DNA of 13,461 nucleotides from Floccifex sp. (GTDB lineage: Bacteria; Bacillota_I; Bacilli_A; Erysipelotrichales; Erysipelotrichaceae), in the NCBI RefSeq assembly GCF_051873555.1, contig NZ_JBJEEY010000050.1:1-13461 (forward strand), read 5' to 3'. The translations under genes and the position numbers were made by a program. The stretch's first letter is position 1. The number at the start of each line of letters is the position of its first letter. The notes beneath the pieces are model-generated. The model was not told where the DNA came from and did not search any database. It saw nothing but the letters and a program-made list of their open reading frames with translations. This document shows, in pieces, positions 6,435 through 12,447 of this stretch.

Positions 6435-6456
6435 ATGTGTAGGGAAAAATGTAGTG
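6414..6456. promoter_or_regulatory. Operator array: four 7-bp half-sites at exact 12-bp phasing forming a nested palindrome
   Basis: The sites are CCCTACA (6414-6420), CCCTACA (6426-6432), TGTAGGG (6438-6444) and TGTAGTG (6450-6456). Sites 1 and 2 lie in the spacer and -10 of the promoter; sites 3 and 4 lie in the 5' UTR. Confidence 0.6.
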
Positions 6457-6472
6457 TAAGGAGGTATTGTTT

Positions 6473-6727
6473 ATGTCTTATTCAAAAAAAGCAGAACTAC
6501 TAGAAAAACCTTATTTGCATCTAACAGATGCTAGACAGATCTTAGGAGTTGCATATCCTAAATTCAAACCAATGTGGGAACAGATGATTAAAGATTTAGA
6601 AAAAGAATCTGGACAACGATTGGGACAATGGAATTGGGGCATCCCAACAGAGATGATCTGTAATTATTTCAGAATTGATGTTGAACGCTACAAAGAGTTA
6701 GCAAAGAAAGAAAAAATCGATGCATAA
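6473..6727 (+). CDS. Small protein, first gene of the IME operon; possibly an excisionase/HTH-like DNA binder (weak call)
   Basis: SD AAGGAGG (6458-6464) lies 8 nt upstream of the ATG at 6473, which is preferred over the track's TTG at 6467. YLHLTDARQILGV resembles an HTH recognition segment. There is no firm family assignment. Confidence 0.55.
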   Translation: MSYSKKAELLEKPYLHLTDARQILGVAYPKFKPMWEQMIKDLEKESGQRLGQWNWGIPTEMICNYFRIDVERYKELAKKEKIDA

Positions 6728-6858
6728 TTGGCGTTATACATCGATAAAAAAAGAAGTGCCAGTTGACACAACTTCCACAGAGTTATTATTGCATAGATTT
6801 GGCGATTTGGCAATGAGACGGGCACTCTCTTTTTACTATGGAAAGGAGTGTTTTTATT

Positions 6859-7575
6859 ATGAGTCAAAACATTAAAGTTGATATACGAAAGACGAAGGGA
6901 TATACCCTTATTTGGCAAGAGATGAATCAAGATCTTAGATTAAAGAATAAAGATGTAGGATTATTAGTCCGATTATTAAGTTTACCACCAGATTGGCGAT
7001 TCAGTGAAACAGGTTTATGTAAAAGATTTGATATTGGGAAACATGAATTGAGAACTGAATTAGAAAAACTAGAATATTGTGGATATTTGACTAGAGTCCA
7101 AACTAGAGATGAAAGTGGAAGATTTTCTGGATCGAATTGGATTATCTATGATGTACCACAAAATAATAATGCTTTACCGTTGTCCGATTTTCAGACATCG
7201 GAAAAACCAGTGACGGAAAACCAGACACAATTAAATACTAAAGAATTAAATACTAAGAAATTAAATAATCTCTCTCAAAAAAAGCAATCATTTTACTGTA
7301 CATTAAAACAGACCTCGGAAGGGTTAATTGATGAATATTGTTATAATTGTTACTTAATCAACAAATGTCCATTTGAAACAAGAATGTTAATGGAAACTGA
7401 ATGTTTAGATCCTTATAATTTATCGGATGATGAGAATAGCTATCTAATGGAAACTGTTTTCTTTAGAAATCGTGTTTATGACATTACCCAACGTTTAAAA
7501 AACGGTATTTGCTTGGATAGTGAGAAACAATACTTCGGGATAGTGGAGGATTGTAATGGCAGTAAGCAAGAATGA
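6859..7575 (+). CDS. Winged-helix DNA-binding protein, DnaD/RepA_N-like putative replication initiator, with a Cys-rich C-terminal region
   Basis: SD AAAGGAG (6842-6848) precedes the ATG at 6859. The N-terminal 100 aa (GYTLIWQEMNQDLRLKNKDVGLLVRLLSLPPDWRFSETGLCKRFDIGKHELRTELEKLEYCGYLTRV) have the layout of RepA_N/DnaD-type wHTH initiators. The function is inferred. Confidence 0.55.
   Translation: MSQNIKVDIRKTKGYTLIWQEMNQDLRLKNKDVGLLVRLLSLPPDWRFSETGLCKRFDIGKHELRTELEKLEYCGYLTRVQTRDESGRFSGSNWIIYDVPQNNNALPLSDFQTSEKPVTENQTQLNTKELNTKKLNNLSQKKQSFYCTLKQTSEGLIDEYCYNCYLINKCPFETRMLMETECLDPYNLSDDENSYLMETVFFRNRVYDITQRLKNGICLDSEKQYFGIVEDCNGSKQE
7199..7269. repeat. Two sets of short direct repeats inside the rep-like CDS linker (iteron-like)
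   Basis: CGGAAAAACCAG (7199-7210) is repeated as CGGAAAACCAG (7214-7224). The tandem 15-mers are TTAAATACTAAAGAA (7231-7245), TTAAATACTAAGAAA (7246-7260) and a partial TTAAATAAT (7261-7269). Confidence 0.4.
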
Positions 7576-8764
7576 AAACGGTAATGGATGGAAAATCCAA
7601 TGTCGTAATCCAAGTACGGGTAAATTAACTACTATTCGAAGAAATCCTAAAACAGGGAAGAATTTCCAAACAAAAAAAGAAGCAAAGGATTTTGAGAGTT
7701 ATTATCAAAAAAATCAAATAAATTTATCTGTGAAGATGGATGAATTATTTGAACACTATTTAAAAGATTATTTGGCATTGAAACCTTCTTCTTCTGCCAA
7801 AAATGTTGAATCTTGGTACAAGAATCATATTCAACCTGCTATTGGTAAAAGAAAGGTAGTGACTCTTAAAATCCAAGACTTGGAAGATTTAGCAGTTAAA
7901 ATGTTAAAGAATGGATATTCTATCAATTACATCAATAAAATGACAACAAATATTAATACAATCTGTAACTGGGGTGTAGCACATAGTTTTCTTGACCGCA
8001 ACCCCGTTACGGGTTACAAACCTTTAAAGAAAATTAAAACATCTGATCAATTGCTCTATTGGACACCAGAAGAATTTAATCTCATTTTAAACGCAATTCC
8101 AAAACGATATAAAGACAGTGATGCCACTTATATTCGCTTCTTTATTCTCTTTGGTTATTTAACCGGAATTCGTAAAGGTGAGCAACGTGCTTTAAAATGG
8201 GAGAACATAGATTTTATTCGAAATATTATTCATATTGATTATCATGTCAATGAAGACGGAGAAAGAGTTCGTGGAAGAAAGAATGGTAATGGTTATTCTA
8301 TTGTAATGGATTCGGCTGTTAGAGAATTGCTAGATGAAATTCATGAATATATGAAACCAATCCATGGATATAGTCGAAAAGCATATGTATTTCCTTCAAT
8401 GAAAAAAGGAATGAATGAGCCATTGGGAACATATACCCCAACTCGATGGATCTTAGAACTCGCAAAGTATTGTGATTTGCCCAATATAACGTACCATGGC
8501 TTGAGACATTCAGCGTGTTCTTACTGGACATCTGTTGTAGGGCTGACTCCATATGAAGTAGCAGATAAATTAGGGGATACTGTAAAAATTGTCCTTGAAG
8601 TATATGCGGATTTCTTCCATGAACAAAAGACGATGGCAGCCAATAAGATTGATCGACATAAAGATAAATTAATGAGTATTTTAAATGAAAACAGAGAGGA
8701 AGAATTAGAAAATGGAAACAATGACGGAATTGGAAAGAAAACAACTAAAGAAACTTCAAGCTAA
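7556..8764 (+). CDS. int: Tyrosine integrase with an N-terminal AP2-like arm-type DNA-binding domain (Tn916/phage-integrase type)
   Basis: SD GGAGG lies 6 nt upstream. The N-terminus is WKIQCRNPSTGKLTTIRRNPKTGKNFQTKKEAKDFE (arm-binding fold pattern). The catalytic boxes are TGIRKGEQRALKW, HGLRHSA and LGDTVKIVLEVYADF. It overlaps the upstream CDS by 20 nt. Confidence 0.9.
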   Translation: MAVSKNENGNGWKIQCRNPSTGKLTTIRRNPKTGKNFQTKKEAKDFESYYQKNQINLSVKMDELFEHYLKDYLALKPSSSAKNVESWYKNHIQPAIGKRKVVTLKIQDLEDLAVKMLKNGYSINYINKMTTNINTICNWGVAHSFLDRNPVTGYKPLKKIKTSDQLLYWTPEEFNLILNAIPKRYKDSDATYIRFFILFGYLTGIRKGEQRALKWENIDFIRNIIHIDYHVNEDGERVRGRKNGNGYSIVMDSAVRELLDEIHEYMKPIHGYSRKAYVFPSMKKGMNEPLGTYTPTRWILELAKYCDLPNITYHGLRHSACSYWTSVVGLTPYEVADKLGDTVKIVLEVYADFFHEQKTMAANKIDRHKDKLMSILNENREEELENGNNDGIGKKTTKETSS

Positions 8765-9038
8765 AGCTAAAAGAGTGTCCAGACAACAAAAAGAATTTCT
8801 TGAATATGCTGATGAGCATAAAGATGAATTACTAAAGCGTTGGAATTTGTCTATAAAAAAAGAAATTAGTTTGTCAGAAAGTCTAAGCAATGAATTGTCT
8901 AACAAATTAAATACTATTGCTGATATTTACGGAACAAATGTTAATTCTTTATTGGATTATATTTCAACAGATAAGCAAGTCAATTATTTTAAAAGATATG
9001 GTCCTAAGGAAGAATTTAAAAATGAACAAAGTGAGTAA
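8712..9038 (+). CDS. Hypothetical small charged/coiled protein immediately upstream of oriT (possible relaxosome accessory factor; speculative)
   Basis: 108-aa ORF overlapping the integrase 3' end by 53 nt. It has only a weak purine-rich SD and no recognisable motif. The start is uncertain (ATG 8712 or 8721). Confidence 0.45.
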   Translation: METMTELERKQLKKLQAKAKRVSRQQKEFLEYADEHKDELLKRWNLSIKKEISLSESLSNELSNKLNTIADIYGTNVNSLLDYISTDKQVNYFKRYGPKEEFKNEQSE

Positions 9039-9076
9039 AGTATAGCCCACTATACTTTACAGTCATAAAGTGTGGG
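9036..9076 (+). other. oriT, pMV158/MobV-type (overlapping inverted repeats)
   Basis: Hairpin 1 pairs TAAAGTATAG (9036-9045) with CTATACTTTA (9050-9059). Alternative hairpin 2 pairs CCCAC-TAT-ACTTTA (9046-9059) with TAAAGT-GTGGG (9066-9076). The arms AAAGTATAG and TATACTTTAC match the pMV158 oriT as I recall it, and a GTGTG motif sits at 9070-9074. The site is directly upstream of a MobV gene. Confidence 0.6.
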
Positions 9077-9243
9077 TCCCTAAGCTTTTACCAGCTTAAT
9101 CAAGGCCAAGTTTCACTTGACGACTCGTACACGCAACGAGGGTGCGAATATGTCTTCGACAATTTTAGCTGAGGACACGTGACAAAATCACGACAACATT
9201 CGTTGCTTTCGTTGCATTTTTTTGATGATAGGAGGTTAAGTGA

Positions 9244-10827
9244 ATGCAGTTTAATGATCATCAAGAAAAATACAAATTATCAGATGTTCGTGGAATCCAT
9301 GGAGAACAATTCCGTGAATTGAAATCATACAAAAATAACGTGGATCCACAACGTACACATATGAATCAAATTTACATCTTTAATCCGGATATGGATTCTG
9401 GAAATTGGAATAAACGGATTAATGAATGTAAAAAGATTCACCAAAAGACAACAGGAAAGGCTTTAAGAAAAGATGCAGTTGTCTTTATTTCAGATGTAGC
9501 GGCAGTACCAAAGGAATGGCCAAAACAGCTAATACTTGATTATTTTTCTGAACGTAATGATTTCATGACCAGGTTTCTTTTGAATCATGGTGTTGAAAGA
9601 GAATATCTTCTTTCCAGTGTAGTACATATGGACGAAGATGAACCCCATCAAACTATTGTTTATATGCCATTTAAAGATGGAAAATTTCAGGCAAAGAATA
9701 TCATGAATAAGATTATGTTGAAACAGCTTCAATCAGAAGGATGGGCATTTTATAAAGATTTTGAATCAAGACATCCGGAAATCAAGGAATATATATTAGA
9801 ACCTTATATTGAAGGGAACAATGAAACAAAGTCTAAGAAGAAACATTTAAAGGAATTAGATTATAAAATCGGAAAAGATAAAGAAAAATTAGAACAAATT
9901 CAAAAAGAGGTTTCTCAGAAGCAAAATGAGCTTGATTTGGTGGACGAACAGATTCTAAATAATCCAATCAAAGAATTCACAGAAAATAAAGAAATCAAGG
10001 CTATTGTAGAAAATCTAAAAGAAGATTTTAGAAAAGTGAATAATCACACAGATTATATTACTGAAAATGATTTAAACGTTTTTATTCCTTCTTTTGATGA
10101 TAATTGGCTTGAGAAAAATGTTGAAGTTGTAGAAGCAAAAAAAGACTTATTTGGAAATGAAAAGCAACCAGCTTATATCAAAATTTCAAAAGATGAATGG
10201 GAAATCAAAAAGGCACATAAAGAAAGTGATAACAGATCGTTTCATAAATTAGAAAATATGTTTGGTTCCTTAAAGTCAAAATACATCCAATTAAAGGAAA
10301 GATACAATGAGTTATCAAATAAAATCATTAGGAAGGTTAAAATTATTGAAAATAGTATTGCTGGATTGAGAAAATTACCTGTTTTCAGCAAATGGCAGGA
10401 TATAAACAACAACAAACAAATGGTTCAATCTTTAAATGATGAATTGAATAATTCAAATCAAAGTATTCAACAATTAAGCAATGCTCTAAACAATGAAAAA
10501 TGGTATCACAATTTTTATAATCATGTATTGGTACTATTATCTAGATCCAAGACAAAAGATGGCAGTAATGCTTTAGAAGAAGTCTTAAAAGATTATGATG
10601 AAAATACACAAGATTTGATTTTGGATGATCTTGAAACGATATTGCCTAAAAATTATAGAACTATCATCTACTACAATGGAAAACAAGGCTATGGATGGTA
10701 TGTTTCTAAAGATGAGGGAGGACAATACCTCGGAAAGAAAAAAGAACTTGAACAATTACAACGACAATATCCTAATGCATCATTTCATGATCCATATAAT
10801 TTGGTGTTTGATAGAGGGGAAAGATAA
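9244..10827 (+). CDS. mob: MobV-family relaxase (Mob_Pre / plasmid recombination enzyme type)
   Basis: SD GGAGG (9231-9235) lies 8 nt upstream. Motifs align by eye with MobM of pMV158: IHGEQFRE (HxxR region), NNVDPQRTHMN, LRKDAVV and VVHMDEDEPHQTIVYMPF (HxDExxPHx[H>T]). The long C-terminal half is coiled and Lys/Glu-rich. Confidence 0.9.
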   Translation: MQFNDHQEKYKLSDVRGIHGEQFRELKSYKNNVDPQRTHMNQIYIFNPDMDSGNWNKRINECKKIHQKTTGKALRKDAVVFISDVAAVPKEWPKQLILDYFSERNDFMTRFLLNHGVEREYLLSSVVHMDEDEPHQTIVYMPFKDGKFQAKNIMNKIMLKQLQSEGWAFYKDFESRHPEIKEYILEPYIEGNNETKSKKKHLKELDYKIGKDKEKLEQIQKEVSQKQNELDLVDEQILNNPIKEFTENKEIKAIVENLKEDFRKVNNHTDYITENDLNVFIPSFDDNWLEKNVEVVEAKKDLFGNEKQPAYIKISKDEWEIKKAHKESDNRSFHKLENMFGSLKSKYIQLKERYNELSNKIIRKVKIIENSIAGLRKLPVFSKWQDINNNKQMVQSLNDELNNSNQSIQQLSNALNNEKWYHNFYNHVLVLLSRSKTKDGSNALEEVLKDYDENTQDLILDDLETILPKNYRTIIYYNGKQGYGWYVSKDEGGQYLGKKKELEQLQRQYPNASFHDPYNLVFDRGER

Positions 10828-10870
10828 GTAATTTGCATGGCAGTGATGCCTTGTATTTTTAATTGAATGA

Positions 10871-10941
10871 TGTAGAATATTTGCATTTTTTCTGTGTTCT
10901 TTTTCGTATTAAATACGAAAATCTGTTTAATTGTAGAATAT
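10871..10941. repeat. 10-bp direct repeats TGTAGAATAT flanking a perfect 9-bp-stem hairpin, just downstream of mob
   Basis: TGTAGAATAT occurs at 10871-10880 and 10932-10941, each followed within about 15 nt by ATTTTTT. The hairpin pairs TTTTCGTAT (10901-10909) with ATACGAAAA (10913-10921). Confidence 0.35.
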
Positions 10942-11625
10942 CTAAAGCGATTTTTTGTTGTAAATAGATATGTTAACAATGATGAAAGTGGTGTAGCAAT
11001 TTTATCGAGTGCACAGGAACTTGATATAAGGATAAATGGTAGATGAAAAGCTGTTCAACTTGGAATTTAAAAGACAAAAGTAAGAACGAGACAGCAAATT
11101 AAGACATTTTAAAAGTAATAGGATTCGTGAATTATTCCAAAAAGGTTTTTGTATAATGAAATCCAATATCTTTAATAAGTGATGTTACTATTGATTGAAA
11201 GTGGTTTATCAAAGAAGTAAGATGAGGTTGTAGAAGATACTCATCAATATCGAAAAACCTAATGCCTATATAACGATAATTAACTGTTGTAAGAAAATTT
11301 TAAATTTTTTTTCTTTGGTTTATTGAGTTCTTCAGATTAAAAATAAAAAATGAAAATTGCAGTTGGCTTTTTAAATGTGCAAAAAAAGATGGTAAATCAC
11401 TTATTTAGTAATAACTTCCTTCTACTCTGATTAAAAAACTCAAATCACTACTCTTTAATTATATCAAAAATTCCTTTTTGAAATAAGTCTTATATTCTTG
11501 TCAATAATAATATAATTTAATAGTAGAAATAAACATTTAAAAACTTAAGAAAGGGATGGTAATATGAAACTAAAATAATGTCTTAAAAATGCATTTTTTG
11601 TTTATAGAAAGAAAGGGTGAAATTT

Positions 11626-12123
11626 ATGACTAAAAGCATTAATTTTAAAAGAGCTATTTATGCAGCTATTAGCATGATAACTGTAATATGTATTTGCATA
11701 ATCCCTGCTTATGCATGGGGAAGAAAACTAATTACAAAAACAGCTTCCGGTTCTTTTAGTTGGACATTTTATAATTATACTTACTCATTTAATGCAGTTG
11801 CAGGCATTACTTATGATGATAGTAATAAAATTACTCAAATTTCAGATTTATCATTTAATAATGTTATTTGTAATTCTAGTTCAATTAATTTTCCTGGTTC
11901 AATAATACCTAAGCAAAGCAGAAAATATTTTTCGGGTTCTACAGCAACTTATGTAGTTACAGTAACTAGAAATGCGTACGGGATGTATTCTGACCAGGTA
12001 GATTATACATTTACATATCGAACAAGTGATTCGGGTGTACCGTATTCATTTAGGGACAATGAATCAGAAATTATAGTTGAAGTTACTGAAGGAGAACCAT
12101 ACAATATTCAGAATTTTGAATAA
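11626..12123 (+). CDS. Small secreted protein of unknown function (signal peptide, beta-rich)
   Basis: SD GAAAGGGTG precedes the ATG at 11626, which is preferred over the GTG at 11617. The N-terminus MTKSINFKRAIYAAISMITVICICIIPAYA|WG looks like a type-I signal peptide with an AxA site. The mature part is Ser/Thr/Tyr-rich. Confidence 0.6.
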   Translation: MTKSINFKRAIYAAISMITVICICIIPAYAWGRKLITKTASGSFSWTFYNYTYSFNAVAGITYDDSNKITQISDLSFNNVICNSSSINFPGSIIPKQSRKYFSGSTATYVVTVTRNAYGMYSDQVDYTFTYRTSDSGVPYSFRDNESEIIVEVTEGEPYNIQNFE

Positions 12124-12161
12124 TCGACTGTAATAATAAAATAATCCTAAAATAATAAAAA

Positions 12162-12191
12162 TACGCCAATCATAGTAATATGACTGGCGTA
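12162..12191 (+). terminator. Hairpin downstream of the secreted-protein gene (weak terminator, A/T runs on both sides)
   Basis: TACGCCAATCAT (12162-12173) pairs with ATGACTGGCGTA (12180-12191): 12 bp with one mismatch and a 6-nt loop. Confidence 0.45.
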
Positions 12192-12236
12192 TTAAATTTG
12201 TATGTAAACGTCAAATAACGTGTATTGACAAATTAA

Positions 12237-12285
12237 AAAATGATGAAGAGTATGTGATTTTAGGTCTTCATCATTTTATTTTTGT
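12237..12285 (+). terminator. Bidirectional-looking rho-independent terminator
   Basis: AAAATGATGAAGA (12237-12249) pairs with TCTTCATCATTTT (12265-12277) in a perfect 13-bp stem, followed by the T-rich TTTATTTTTG. Confidence 0.55.
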
Positions 12286-12321
12286 ATATAGTTCTTTGAC
12301 GCTTACATAAATTCTAACCTT

Positions 12322-12357
12322 AAGAAAAGGAGATAGACCTGGTCCCGGTCAATCTCC
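12322..12357 (-). terminator. Rho-independent terminator of the minus-strand gene 12448-12828
   Basis: The minus strand reads GGAGATTGACC-GGGACCA-GGTCTATCTCC followed by TTTTCTT. It is a GC-rich island in AT-rich DNA, 90 nt downstream of the stop codon. Confidence 0.6.
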
Positions 12358-12447
12358 CTAAATATTATCTAAGATAGTTTTAAGTTGTTAAGAAATTTAA
12401 AAAATCACTTAAACAATTTGTTTAACAAGGCCTATGATAATCAAAAA

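Larger units (their letters stand above)
5317..10941 (+). mobile_element. Integrative mobilizable element (IME)-like module: XRE regulator, Rep-like wHTH protein, tyrosine integrase, oriT, MobV relaxase
   Basis: Gene content and order are typical of Bacillota IMEs. A divergent regulator/operon architecture has a consensus promoter and operators. Ends are not determined, because no convincing flanking direct repeats were found by eye. Confidence 0.6.

Noticed and set aside
6716-6745. Palindrome at the end of ORF 6473-6727, considered as a rho-independent terminator
   Set aside because: On the plus strand it is followed by an A-run rather than a T-run. A T-run follows only on the minus strand, where there is no gene to terminate. 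It is kept only as a possible binding site.
6688-6930. 80-aa minus-strand ORF spanning the intercistronic region
   Set aside because: It overlaps two plus-strand genes that have good SDs, lacks signals of its own, and has low-complexity basic/hydrophobic composition.
8319-8744. Track ORFs 8319-8744(-) and 8521-8721(-)
   Set aside because: They are antisense shadows inside the integrase CDS, whose catalytic motifs confirm the plus-strand frame.
9529-9732. 67-aa minus-strand ORF
   Set aside because: It is antisense inside the relaxase catalytic domain.
10625-10979. Track ORFs 10625-10831(+) and 10785-10979(-)
   Set aside because: The first is an alternative frame of the relaxase 3' end. The second spans the noncoding repeat/hairpin region and has no SD.
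11564-11578. Mini-ORF MKLK* with an SD-like AAGAAAGGGA, considered as a leader peptide upstream of the secreted-protein gene
   Set aside because: It is only four codons long, and no convincing alternative terminator/antiterminator structures lie between it and 11626.
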